Translations under genes and position numbers: made by a program
Shown: in pieces, positions 27,301 to 36,409 of the stretch
How the letters are laid out: every line of letters begins with the position of its first letter
Numbering within the stretch: the stretch's first letter is position 1
DNA from: a virus
Reading direction: 5' to 3' (one strand)
DNA length: 64,000 nucleotides
IMG/VR virus record: IMGVR_UViG_3300045988_179268
Span: 64,001-128,000 of that record
Notes under the pieces: model-generated
Told to the model about the DNA's origin: nothing
The model's input: only the letters and a program-made list of their open reading frames with translations
Databases searched by the model: none

Positions 27301-28507
27301 TCTTGCACTCAAGATGCCTGAACTTAACCGCCTCGAAATGCCTGTCCACACTCTGTCCACGCCAGAGGAACATAAACAGCGCCTACTGGATGAGCAGGAA
27401 CGCCTACGTCAGGAAAAGGAACGTCAGGAAAAGGAGGCGCAGGAACGCGCACGCCAGGAAAAGGAACGTAAGGAGCGAGAAGCTAAGCATCAGAGGGAAC
27501 AGCAAGAAAATCAGGCATGGGATAAGGAGTTTGAGAACCTGCTGAACAACTCAGGAAACCCCCTCAACCCGCCCACCCAGACGACTAACGAAGGTAATAC
27601 GTCGCAGTCTTCCACCAAGTCCAATAAGGAAGAGAAGCCACCTGTCACTGTGCCCCTGAAAACAAATCCCAACAACAACCTTAATACCAAGAATCTCAAC
27701 AGCGGCAACACACAGAAAACGGAGGAAACCCCTCTAACGGCAACTCAGCCCAATCCAACACCGCTAAACAACCCCACGAAGGGAGGTAACACCCTCAACC
27801 CAAATCAGGCACACAGCGACAAGGAAGAGGTAACGGCTCCCCAGCCGGTACAACCACCCAAACCAGTAGTAGCACCTACGCCCAACGCAAAGGTGGAAAC
27901 AACTCCGAAGTCAATCACTGAGCCTGAAAAAACTAAAGCGAAGGTAGAACCTCAGCCCGCAGAAAAGGTAACGGAAACCCCGGTAGCCGGGAAACCTGCG
28001 AACGCACCTCTACCTAAACCAGAGCCGCCCCTCAAAAAGGAGAAGCCGACGGTAGGTACCCATTCTTCACAGACATCGCCTAAGCCCGCTGAACCTGTGA
28101 AGAAGGAAGAGCCTCAGTCGAAGCCGTCTCCAGAGCCTAAGCCGGAAGCTGCGCCAAAGAAGCAGGAGAAGGTAAACGTGCCACAACAGCCTAAGCCTGA
28201 ACCAAAGCCTACTGTACAAAAACAGGAAGCACCTCAGGCAAATGCTAAGCCAGTGTCACCGAAGGTAGAAGCGCCTAAACCCGCGTCCCCTAAAGCTGAG
28301 ACAGCGCCCATCCCGAAAGTAAGCCCAACACCCGTAAAGGAGGCACCACAGCCGAGGAACCCCCTCAAGCCACAAACTGAACCCGCTGAGAAACCGAAGA
28401 AAAAATTCTTCCGCGCGGCACCGCAACCAATCCGCCCTCAGCAAGACAACGCTCCCAACACACCGAAATATGAAGCACCCACTAGGAGGGTAGATGACAG
28501 CCAGTAA
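24398..28507 (+). CDS. Giant polytopic membrane protein, VirB6/TcpH/ConG-like role (paralogue 1 of 3), with a coiled-coil and a ~320-aa Pro/Lys/Glu-rich tail
   Basis: N-terminal TM, extracytoplasmic region with CTIWRVVRLDPFARAQFG and VAAYQLYLQ motifs, a cluster of TM helices, QEKER coiled coil, then KPEPK-type low complexity. Confidence 0.6.
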   Translation: MALNKTALNTASNSKDTHLKQRRYTPAALLAAIVALLLLTIYLATGGSNTAKTVTLAPGPSPAVTITETAKASGIGIFGGAQNLGHGMNRPNAWENSFSTIPLDNKQGRIFTLKEAVGGNLKFTNYEGEGEGEEGVVAADPERMEGAPKTISKDSEKLTKLRSVGTILVGGALNGIADTLNGVTGLTYDLTQNFVTAAFNPHTVCSDPNDKDCVFNVTKLVSGDGKNNKGIIGNVTDSVYAPFAGAAALIIIGVGVYIYGHKHKNFMRASLNGLYVVLAGVLGFAVLSNAGLFTSMPVRVMQEVGGAAMGITTAAGDEETGASKDGNTSTASAICKSKADNLSNSEKTVLNINAMTCTIWRVVRLDPFARAQFGRPFAQLDVKDPEMAEIIKKAEVDPNTFCVPLKVMGTPADYRNKTLKLEESNHKVCNVAAYQLYLQTDAQLGDKANERKHGVDPRWYNIVAVAHADDRLWDNWSYSWTSASNRFMVTTIAMLSFVPIAIVMLLFSIASLIQLFTVVIMMILLPFIMIALMDKNRGMQIAKRYGSFMVGAVLSFILYSTILAVGVIILSAIIDSVADLALVMVFNIIVAAALWKQRRQLISLVENANPMSNNYMGSKIGNVLDRQNAAGTLRSGMVGALSGANLRSAWRNRNNENAEGKKPGFLRAVSKNMREAGKVAAEQNILSRKPNSMAATSIRTRQKLEADKMQELQHYNAAKQSEMETVRSDRQLAHNTVEYGQNATTAQANIEQTAVADANNAANVMRRTNENIQRLVLEFATGGDGSDRFQRETFADIFRAEQAMQAASHKRKLANIVGDEYAAMQASAEYNQARSLKGLYEESLTLQERSAYGNELNRMFQADPLLAKSKSAIEDEFAQARQRDLQATEAGMQTYQATSNANKSLTGLLDKEHQEKAMHYATDARKRAENSEIVKKMSAEEATAFLNKTHDAALKEYLENNAPEQREGLALKMPELNRLEMPVHTLSTPEEHKQRLLDEQERLRQEKERQEKEAQERARQEKERKEREAKHQREQQENQAWDKEFENLLNNSGNPLNPPTQTTNEGNTSQSSTKSNKEEKPPVTVPLKTNPNNNLNTKNLNSGNTQKTEETPLTATQPNPTPLNNPTKGGNTLNPNQAHSDKEEVTAPQPVQPPKPVVAPTPNAKVETTPKSITEPEKTKAKVEPQPAEKVTETPVAGKPANAPLPKPEPPLKKEKPTVGTHSSQTSPKPAEPVKKEEPQSKPSPEPKPEAAPKKQEKVNVPQQPKPEPKPTVQKQEAPQANAKPVSPKVEAPKPASPKAETAPIPKVSPTPVKEAPQPRNPLKPQTEPAEKPKKKFFRAAPQPIRPQQDNAPNTPKYEAPTRRVDDSQ

Positions 28508-29981
28508 CAACCCTATAGAGCCGCCGAATACCCCTGAGAAAACCTCAGTAGTGGACAAGGCAGTGAAGACCGCTGAGACGGCTCAAAAAGTCGCCAAGAC
28601 AGCGAAAAATGTTAGTACTGCAACAACAACAACCGTATCAACCCTAACAAACCCCCTTACATGGGTGGTATTAGGTGTTGTAGCCCTCTTTATCATCCTT
28701 CTTGTCACAGGTATCCCAGCCGCCCAGGTGTGGGGTAAAAATGATAATGCGGATGGATGCTACGGAATTAGCCAGCATAGCGGTAAGAGCAAGTCAGGTC
28801 TGAAACACAGTGAAGACCCGGCAGAAAACGTTCAGAATGTCGCAACCTGGCTATCCTCAACCACTTTTGGTGGTGAATGGGGTAACAAGCCTTTCAGTAC
28901 CAAAATGATTGCCGGACTTATGGGTAACTTTGGGCAAGAGTCCGGGTTTAACTCAGAGCTTACCCAGGGCGGTTCAGGACTCAACTCTAAAATGAGTAAC
29001 GATGAAATGCTCGCCCAAGGTGCCGTATACGGTAAAGCTATCGGCTTCGCGCAGTGGGACGGTGAACGCCGTATCCGACTGGTCGAGTTCGCAAAAGCAA
29101 ACGGCACCCACTGGTCTGACCTCGGAACCCAGATGGACTTCCTTAAAGAAGAACTAGAAGGCGCTGAGGGTGCAAACCTACGTGCCAACGGTTTCATGGA
29201 TGACTCAAAGAGCGTCGCTGAGCTTGTTCAAATCTTTAACGATAAGTTCGAACGTTCAGGTACTCCAAACATGCCGAGGCGTGTCGCATTCGGTGAGGAC
29301 TTCATTAAAGACTTCAAACCGGGCATGAAGTCAGGCGGAAGCTCATCCCTGTCTAAGGGCGGCGGTTCCTGCTTCCTCGGTGGCGAGTCAAGCGCTGACA
29401 TGTCTGGCATCGTTGAGCTTGCGAAAAGTATCGCTTGGGACTCAAACAAGCCAGATGAAGCTAAGAAAATTCCCGTGTCACCATCTGACCCTGACGGTGT
29501 AGAAAACGCAAAGCCCGCATACAAGGAAGCTAAGCGCAAGGCAGAAGAGAAAGGTGGCAAAGACACCCATACGGAACGCGCAGGTGCGGAAGCCCTATAC
29601 GCTAGTTGCGACCGCTTCGTAGCGACCGTAGTCAAGAACACGGTAGACCCTAAAGTTCCGTGGGGAGCAACCGGACAGCAGGCGGAATACTACGCTAACT
29701 CATCCGACTGGAAAGACGTAACAGGTAAGCGTTCTGACCTTCAACCTGGAGACATCCTCATCGCAGGCGGTCCTGGTGGCACTGCTGGACACACCGCTAT
29801 CTTTATCGGTGAGCACGACGGCAAGCCATCTGTCGCTCAAGGCTCCTGGCGTAACGAAGTGGGTGCAATCTACCCCATCGAATACCGCTGGAGCGAAGAC
29901 CTGACCGACCTGTTGGGTCAGAAATACAAAGTCTACAGGTATGTAGGTTCCAACAGTGGAACACCAACCGACAAGGCGTAA
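28494..29981 (+). CDS. Bifunctional peptidoglycan hydrolase: lysozyme-like (phage-tail-lysozyme type) + NlpC/P60 or CHAP-like cysteine peptidase
   Basis: N-terminal TM. GLMGNFGQESGFNSE..GKAIGFAQWDGERRIRLVEFA..DLGTQMDFLKEEL. C-terminal YASCDRFVATVV ... GDILIAGGPGGTAGHTAIFIGE (Cys/His dyad). Confidence 0.8.
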   Translation: MTASNNPIEPPNTPEKTSVVDKAVKTAETAQKVAKTAKNVSTATTTTVSTLTNPLTWVVLGVVALFIILLVTGIPAAQVWGKNDNADGCYGISQHSGKSKSGLKHSEDPAENVQNVATWLSSTTFGGEWGNKPFSTKMIAGLMGNFGQESGFNSELTQGGSGLNSKMSNDEMLAQGAVYGKAIGFAQWDGERRIRLVEFAKANGTHWSDLGTQMDFLKEELEGAEGANLRANGFMDDSKSVAELVQIFNDKFERSGTPNMPRRVAFGEDFIKDFKPGMKSGGSSSLSKGGGSCFLGGESSADMSGIVELAKSIAWDSNKPDEAKKIPVSPSDPDGVENAKPAYKEAKRKAEEKGGKDTHTERAGAEALYASCDRFVATVVKNTVDPKVPWGATGQQAEYYANSSDWKDVTGKRSDLQPGDILIAGGPGGTAGHTAIFIGEHDGKPSVAQGSWRNEVGAIYPIEYRWSEDLTDLLGQKYKVYRYVGSNSGTPTDKA

Positions 29982-30035
29982 AGATGTAACCGAACCCAGG
30001 CGGCAAGACGAAGAAAGACAAGGTACCATAGACAT

Positions 30036-31025
30036 ATGGATAAATCTACTAATGACATTAACGACAAGCGCGCTAGTAACCCTTACGCTCGCCGCCTGGG
30101 TCGCCCAGAAAATATTAGCCCCGTAGCCGCACCTGAGGTGCCACCAGGGGGAGAAGGTGATACTGGTAAGACCGAAGGCGAATCCGGCAAGAAGAAGTTC
30201 TCACGCCGCGAAATGTTTCTTGTAGGTGGTGGCGCACTTGCGGCAGTCGCATTACCAGCATTACTTATCGCCCACCCCTGGGAAGCCACAGATAAAGTCA
30301 AAGAGACAGCACCAGCGTCCTTCACTCTCACAGAAGAAGACACCAAGAACGTCACCACGTTCATTGAGTCTTTCCTGAAATCTGCTGGCAACTTTGGTGT
30401 CGATGAGAGTAAGATAACCCCTGCGACTATCCGCAACGTTCGGTACCTCGTAAAGACAAAGAATAGCGGCTATAACGCATATCTGAGAACCCGCGCTGAC
30501 GCATACCGTAGCGTTAGAAGTTCCATCTGGGAAGGTTCACCCGTCTACTACGACGCTGAAACTGTATCCCGATGGAATAAAGAGTCATATTTGGAAGACG
30601 TGCGTATGCCAACTTTCCAAATAAAAGGCGAGGTAAAGGTTCACTTTGAGCCCTCCGGTACGTATTACATTGATAGCGTAGGCACAAGCCACAGAAGGGT
30701 ATCTATAGAGGTTGATTTCACCTCTACCGAAACCGTTCGTGTTCAAGAAGCTGATGGGGTAGGTTCAGATGGTGCTTTCGCTATCTTAGAGAAAGAGCAT
30801 CCTGCTACGGTTAAGATGGAACTCATTGAATCGAACGATAAATGGTACCTCTACTCTCAAAGCGGCACGAAGCAGTACCTTCTAGCTACGTGGGCTGAAT
30901 TTAAGTCTAGCGACTACGCAGAATCCCAAAATGTAGGATTCACTAAAGTTGGCACGATTATCCCAACAGACAGCACGCCTACCCAGCAACCTAGCAGTAC
31001 GCCTTCTAGTACCCCAACGGCATAG
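30036..31025 (+). CDS. Exported or membrane-anchored hypothetical protein with a twin-arginine-like N-terminus
   Basis: FSRREMFLVGGGALAAVALPALLIA resembles S/T-R-R-x-F-L plus an h-region. Ser/Thr/Pro-rich C-terminus. Confidence 0.5.
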   Translation: MDKSTNDINDKRASNPYARRLGRPENISPVAAPEVPPGGEGDTGKTEGESGKKKFSRREMFLVGGGALAAVALPALLIAHPWEATDKVKETAPASFTLTEEDTKNVTTFIESFLKSAGNFGVDESKITPATIRNVRYLVKTKNSGYNAYLRTRADAYRSVRSSIWEGSPVYYDAETVSRWNKESYLEDVRMPTFQIKGEVKVHFEPSGTYYIDSVGTSHRRVSIEVDFTSTETVRVQEADGVGSDGAFAILEKEHPATVKMELIESNDKWYLYSQSGTKQYLLATWAEFKSSDYAESQNVGFTKVGTIIPTDSTPTQQPSSTPSSTPTA

Positions 31026-31037
31026 CTACATAAAATT

Positions 31038-31084
31038 GAAAAGCACCAGCATAGACACGAAACTGTCTAACGCTGGTGCTTTTC
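31038..31084 (+). terminator. Hairpin terminator
   Basis: gaaaagcaccagc (31038-31050) pairs with gctggtgcttttc (31072-31084). T-run at the 3' side. Confidence 0.6.
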
Positions 31085-31224
31085 GCTACACCTTTTCAGT
31101 TCACAACAATGAAAACTTGCATGAAACTAGTATCTAGGCAATTTTACTGACATAAATATTCACTCTAAAGGCGCGCAGTAAGCACTAAAGGTGCCCACGC
31201 AATACCGGAAGAAATACCTTAAAG

Positions 31225-31632
31225 ATGCTAGTCACAGAAAAAGTCTCTAAAAATAAGTTGCGTGCGCCACAATCTACCTTGCATAATGATGAAATGGAAA
31301 ATAATACAACAGTACCCACGCTATACCTAGCAATTGCCAAAGCAAACCCATACGACACCCCATACGCAACCGTTGAAGAATGCGTTAAATCAACAATGGA
31401 AAACCTGAAAGAATCCCCCGGCAATCCACTCGAAGAGCTAGGGGTGCTTGCCCTCAACGAGGAACAAGACACGCTACAAATCACGCAACCGTACCGACTT
31501 GCAGGCAAAGCAAGGAATACAGCAAGCCTTGCCGCACTCAAAGAAATCATCGAAGACCTACGATTCTGTGGCTACAACACCTCCATAACCACAGAAGACA
31601 CACTCACCTCGTACTCCATCCTCAACGCATAA
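31225..31632 (+). CDS. Hypothetical protein (start may be ATG 31294, MENNTT..)
   Basis: ORF only; no motif recognised. Confidence 0.45.
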   Translation: MLVTEKVSKNKLRAPQSTLHNDEMENNTTVPTLYLAIAKANPYDTPYATVEECVKSTMENLKESPGNPLEELGVLALNEEQDTLQITQPYRLAGKARNTASLAALKEIIEDLRFCGYNTSITTEDTLTSYSILNA

Positions 31633-31647
31633 AAGGACGCAACTACA

Positions 31648-33015
31648 ATGGTCGAAAAGTACAACAACTGCCTCATTAACCTCAAGCCGCATTACAGCAA
31701 CGCACAGTTCTATTCATTCCCCATTCAAGAAAGATGGGAGATTCGTATTAGCGACGGAATCTGGATTAACCCACAGAAGCTAGTCGAGACGACTCTCACC
31801 AAAAAAGAGCTTAAAGCAAACCCCGAAATTGTTAAAGAAGCTACTGACTGGCTAGAAAGCCTAGTTGCCAAGAAAAAAGCATACAAATCCCCTAAGGGCA
31901 ACTCATACGCCCTCACGGGGAAAGCAGTGCAAGAGTGGTTCTCCAAAAGACAAGAAAAAGAACCGAAACTACGACTAGGGCTGAAACTGATTGACAAAAA
32001 CCTCCCCACACGACTGTACGGAGGAATTACTGAGACAGAAGGCTTTCAGCTTGCACCCCTTCGCCCAGTAGCAAACCTCACACTCAAAGACGCAAACAAC
32101 CTCTACAAACCAATTCAAGAAGCACTAGCAGGTATTGGTATCGTCACCACCGGACGCGACGGAAGAATTGTAGTACGCGCCGCAACTCCTGAGCCTGCAT
32201 ACAGCATCATGAAGGAAATTGCCGAAAACAATAACGCACCCGAACCAGTTAGGGTTGCATACCCCGTTTTTCGACGCGAAAGCACCGATGTACCCCAAGA
32301 CTTCTACAGTGGGCTCATCGAATTTTACGGAATGTTCGTACAAGGACTCATTTCACCCAGCCACCGCGAAACAGTAAACGTCCTGCTCGGCAAAAGCCCC
32401 GAAGAGCAAGCCGCATACTATGTTGGAATTGCCGCCGAAGGATACTCCAAATACAGCGAATCAGGCGGCGTGCCCTACGCGGCATACCTAGCGTCATCAG
32501 CGCCTAACTGGGTAAATGACCTTCCTACACACATCCTCGGTGCGCCCCTGGCAAACTTTCAACGTAACCGTAAACGCGCAATCAAGGAACTCAACCAAAA
32601 ATACGGCAACCCCCAAGGACACAGGTACACGGATGAAGAGCTTGCTCAGCAGATGAACATGCCGCTGGCTGAATATCTCAGCCATAAAGAATCCAATGAA
32701 AATTGGGTTAAAATGCGTACCGTGGAAGAACTAACGTGGAAAGATAATGGGCAGGAACGTATTACCCACCACCTTGACCCGTCCAAAAACCATGTGCGTG
32801 ACATGGACGCGGCAACCGACATGCTTCTAGCCATCCTAGATACTGGTATCGACCTAAATGATGTAGCCACCACCGAAGAATGCCTCCTCGCACTAACAAG
32901 GAACGGCGGAGCCACAGCCGACCTTATTGAGCTACGAGACATTCCAAACTCATACAAGGGTAAGCTGGTGGAAAACTACAAGGAACGCCGCAAACAGACC
33001 CTAGAAGAAGAGTGA
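31648..33015 (+). CDS. Hypothetical protein whose C-terminal half has a sigma-70 region 2-3-like pattern
   Basis: LIEFYGMFVQGLIS .. YVGIAAEGYSKYSESGGVPYAAYLASSAPNWVNDL .. RKRAIKELNQKYGNPQGHRYTDEELAQQMNMPLAEYLS parallels sigma r2.1-2.4 and the r3 HTH in order and spacing. Weak. Confidence 0.3.
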   Translation: MVEKYNNCLINLKPHYSNAQFYSFPIQERWEIRISDGIWINPQKLVETTLTKKELKANPEIVKEATDWLESLVAKKKAYKSPKGNSYALTGKAVQEWFSKRQEKEPKLRLGLKLIDKNLPTRLYGGITETEGFQLAPLRPVANLTLKDANNLYKPIQEALAGIGIVTTGRDGRIVVRAATPEPAYSIMKEIAENNNAPEPVRVAYPVFRRESTDVPQDFYSGLIEFYGMFVQGLISPSHRETVNVLLGKSPEEQAAYYVGIAAEGYSKYSESGGVPYAAYLASSAPNWVNDLPTHILGAPLANFQRNRKRAIKELNQKYGNPQGHRYTDEELAQQMNMPLAEYLSHKESNENWVKMRTVEELTWKDNGQERITHHLDPSKNHVRDMDAATDMLLAILDTGIDLNDVATTEECLLALTRNGGATADLIELRDIPNSYKGKLVENYKERRKQTLEEE

Positions 33016-33018
33016 CCC

Positions 33019-33345
33019 ATGCAAGCCCAAAAAGATGAGTATCCTCAAATCACATACCGAAGAATGGGGAAAATAGCTTTAACAGCCGTCACAATACTAG
33101 CCGTCACGCCTTTCGTCGTTACAGCTATCGTCTTAACAATTGCACAGCGTTACGAATCACTGCGCGACAGCGGACTCCTAGCCATGTCAGCATCATACGA
33201 TGCCGACCCGACACGTTTGCCCCTGCAAGAGGTATATGACGCAAGGTATGGCATAATAGGTATAGTATTCCTGTTATGCTGGATACTGATACCTGTTATC
33301 ACCACCTTGTCCACCAACCCTACACCTAAAAAGGAAATAAAATAA
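33019..33345 (+). CDS. Small membrane protein (2 TM)
   Basis: Hydrophobic helices IALTAVTILAVTPFVVTAIVLTI and IIGIVFLLCWILIPVITTL. Confidence 0.5.
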   Translation: MQAQKDEYPQITYRRMGKIALTAVTILAVTPFVVTAIVLTIAQRYESLRDSGLLAMSASYDADPTRLPLQEVYDARYGIIGIVFLLCWILIPVITTLSTNPTPKKEIK

Positions 33346-34043
33346 TGGCTAAGACTAATGAACCTGACACACACGTTACACCCGTGGAAGTAGTGAAGCC
33401 ACCACTTATTCGAACAATCGGATTCCTCCTACTTGCCTTCATCCTTGGAGCAACAACCCTGGCTGGTCTTGCATATGGTGGTGTATTGCCAGCCCCACAG
33501 CAGAGCAACAACAACAGCCAAGTAACGACGCAGACCATCGTCCGAACACTAACTGGCAATGACGCAAACACCGACAAGATTGAAGCAACAAACCAGCTGA
33601 CTGAAATCCTTAAGGCTATTGCGGCATCCCCTGACCCCAACGCCATTGGTGCAGAGGTTGCAGAAGGGAACTACGAGCATGTGCCAGAAATTCTTAAAAA
33701 CTCTGTCGTCTACGGCAATGAGGAAAGCCGCCGGGCAACAATGGTTGCAGTTATTTACCTTGCCGCCGGGCTAGGTAACACCCTTGGTGGGGCTGACAAT
33801 ATTAAGCCTATCAGTGAGCAGGCAGTTATCAACTCGGTTGAGGCAATCACCAGCACTGGAACTGTACACATCCCGCAGGCAATCTACACAAAGACCAATG
33901 TCCCTGTCACTGTAACCATGCAATATGACGGTGAAACGAAGAAATGGATGATTGACGGAAATGGTCTTGTGAACATGACGCTCACTGTGGCTCTGTACCA
34001 GACCGCCGCGTCCGCAACTGCATCCGCTACACCAACCCCCTAA
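33345..34043 (+). CDS. Membrane-anchored hypothetical protein
   Basis: TAATG overlap with the upstream gene. Single TM IGFLLLAFILGATTLAGLAYG. Confidence 0.5.
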   Translation: MAKTNEPDTHVTPVEVVKPPLIRTIGFLLLAFILGATTLAGLAYGGVLPAPQQSNNNSQVTTQTIVRTLTGNDANTDKIEATNQLTEILKAIAASPDPNAIGAEVAEGNYEHVPEILKNSVVYGNEESRRATMVAVIYLAAGLGNTLGGADNIKPISEQAVINSVEAITSTGTVHIPQAIYTKTNVPVTVTMQYDGETKKWMIDGNGLVNMTLTVALYQTAASATASATPTP

Positions 34044-34138
34044 ATAAAGTATTTAAATATACCCCTTGTGCGGTACAATAAACAGTACCGGCAAGGGGTA
34101 TATCTACGCCCACAACACGACCTGAGGAGTCTGAAAGA

Positions 34139-36409
34139 ATGAGCGCACTGACCATCAAAACCGTGGAAATCCACAATTTCCGCACCCACAAGAAACTTAC
34201 AGAGTCATTCCCCGAAAGCGCCATCACTCACATCACCGGAGGAAACGGCGCAGGCAAATCAAGTATCGTGAACGCAATCCCCTGGGCACTCTTCGGCACC
34301 CGACCAGCAGGAGTCACAAAAAACCTAGACCTGCGCCGCGAAGGAACCCCGAAAACAACCTCAACCACAGTCAAAGTAACGTACAGTGTAGACAATGAAA
34401 CCTACCTAGCAACACGAACTATGAACCACAGGGGTACAACTCAGGTAACATTAGAGAAAATCGCCCCTGATGGTAATGCTCACCACCTAGCAGGTCCAGC
34501 AGTAGGTGACGGAACAAAAGCTATCATCCGAACTCTCGGAATGGGTGAAGACATCTTCATGAACACCGTCTTCTTCCGCCAAAAAGAAACTGATAGGTTC
34601 ATCAACTCCAAGCCCGAAGTGCGCCGCGACATCATCGAACAGCTGACCGGCATCACCGCCAACTCTCAGGCACTAGAAGAATGTGGCATCCACCGCCGCA
34701 TCAACAAGCGAGAGCTGGATAACAAAACGGTGGATAGGGCAGGAATTGAATCCCACCGTAAGACAGTTGCCACACTATCCGAGCAAGAACGCAAACTCGC
34801 AGAAACACTCGAAGCACAGCGCGACACCTACAGGAAACTTACAGCCGAAAAGAAAATCCTCACAGCACAAGCAAAAGAGACTCGCCAGAATTATCTCACT
34901 CTAACCACTGCAAAAAGCAACCTTGAGAACTGCGAACAGCGCCTCAAGGATGCTAAAGCACGCCTCAAAGAGGCTCAGGAAGCCGCTGAGAGGATTGAAA
35001 CTCGAATCACTAACGGGGAAGGCGTAGCCCTAGATTTTACCCTTGTAGAAGCCGCCTACCAGCAGAAGCTTGAATCACTGCAAGAAGCACGTGTTACGCA
35101 GACAACACTAGAGAACAGCATCTCCCAGCTGACTGAAACCATTAAACAGGGTGAATCGAAGCTTGCCTCAAAAGAAAACCCGTACTCTACATTGGAGGAA
35201 GCGGAATCATCTTATAAAGGAAGTGAAGCGCAAGAGCTAGAACTACATGAAGCCTTGCGTTCACTTAACGAACGTATAAGTATCATTACCCAGGTTAAGC
35301 TTCCCGAAGCTGAGCACAGCTACAACGAAATTGCTAATCTGAGCGGCACATGCCCTACATGCCAGCAAATCATCGCGAACAAAGAGTCCGTGTTAAAGCC
35401 TCTCGGTGAGACTATCTCAGCGCTAAAAGAGGAGCTAACGAAGAAAACGGAGATGCACTCCTCTGCCACAGAAAAGCTGGCAGAGGCGAGGAATGTTTCG
35501 ACAGTAGCTTCTAGCATTATCGAAGCCTACCAATCGGTAGATGAAGCAACCGCGAGCCTTAAGGACGTTAAGAGAAAACTCACAACAGCGAAAAGGAAGT
35601 ACAAAAAAGCGGAGGAAGAGTATAATTCAGCACTCAACGTCTATAACGACGTGAAAGAAATTGAAAACCTCACCCGCGAACTTGAAACTCAGAACCAGGT
35701 AAAGCAAACCGCATTATCAACCATCGCGTCCCTTAACGACGAAATTACCAGAGTGAAAGAGGTTATCAAATCCACCCCAAACGTCACTGAACACGCTGTC
35801 AAAACAGTAGAAGGTAAGCTTGCAACACTGGATGAAAAAATTGCGCAGAACACCACTAGCGGGCATAGCACTAGCGCTGAACATTCGAAAGTGGCGACCG
35901 AACATGCGGCACTCGCAACACGTCTCAAGCAAGAGGAAGCAGACGCAGAAGCATACGCATCTCTTCTCCAGGAAAAAGAAAGCATCCACTATGCCGAAGC
36001 CACGCTAAAAGAGTTCCGCAAAGCTGTCGCGGCGACAACAATCCCACGCCTAACACAGTTTGCGTCCGAACTTATTGCTGGATTCACTAATGGCGCAATT
36101 ATCGGAATCACCATCACTGAGGACTTCAACATTCTCGCACACTTTGCAACAGGCGAAACCCGCGAAGTTCAGCTACTCTCAGGTGGAGAACTTTCTGCCG
36201 TATCATTAGCTATCGGACTTGGCATCGCTAAAGTATTTGGTGGAACTACCAGCGCCCTAATCCTTGATGAGGCATTCACCGCCTACGACCCAAGGAACAT
36301 GGATTCTACCATCAAAACTATCCGTAGTATCATGAACGCCCAGCAGATTATCATCATTGCTCACAATGACACGGTGGAAGCAGTTGCGGATTACCGAGTG
36401 GAACTCTGA
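34139..36409 (+). CDS. Rad50/SbcC-like SMC-family ATPase with central CxxC zinc hook
   Basis: Walker A GGNGAGKSS; Q-loop FFRQKETDRF; long heptad-rich middle with GTCPTCQQ (nt 35351-35362); signature LLSGGELS; Walker B ALILDEAF; H-loop IIIAHN. Confidence 0.8.
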   Translation: MSALTIKTVEIHNFRTHKKLTESFPESAITHITGGNGAGKSSIVNAIPWALFGTRPAGVTKNLDLRREGTPKTTSTTVKVTYSVDNETYLATRTMNHRGTTQVTLEKIAPDGNAHHLAGPAVGDGTKAIIRTLGMGEDIFMNTVFFRQKETDRFINSKPEVRRDIIEQLTGITANSQALEECGIHRRINKRELDNKTVDRAGIESHRKTVATLSEQERKLAETLEAQRDTYRKLTAEKKILTAQAKETRQNYLTLTTAKSNLENCEQRLKDAKARLKEAQEAAERIETRITNGEGVALDFTLVEAAYQQKLESLQEARVTQTTLENSISQLTETIKQGESKLASKENPYSTLEEAESSYKGSEAQELELHEALRSLNERISIITQVKLPEAEHSYNEIANLSGTCPTCQQIIANKESVLKPLGETISALKEELTKKTEMHSSATEKLAEARNVSTVASSIIEAYQSVDEATASLKDVKRKLTTAKRKYKKAEEEYNSALNVYNDVKEIENLTRELETQNQVKQTALSTIASLNDEITRVKEVIKSTPNVTEHAVKTVEGKLATLDEKIAQNTTSGHSTSAEHSKVATEHAALATRLKQEEADAEAYASLLQEKESIHYAEATLKEFRKAVAATTIPRLTQFASELIAGFTNGAIIGITITEDFNILAHFATGETREVQLLSGGELSAVSLAIGLGIAKVFGGTTSALILDEAFTAYDPRNMDSTIKTIRSIMNAQQIIIIAHNDTVEAVADYRVEL

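Noticed and set aside
27410-27469. Tandem nucleotide repeat caggaaaaggaacgt (two exact copies at 27410-27424 and 27455-27469, plus one imperfect copy at 27425-27439)
   Set aside because: It lies in frame within a coding coiled coil (QEKER repeats). It is not an independent repeat element.
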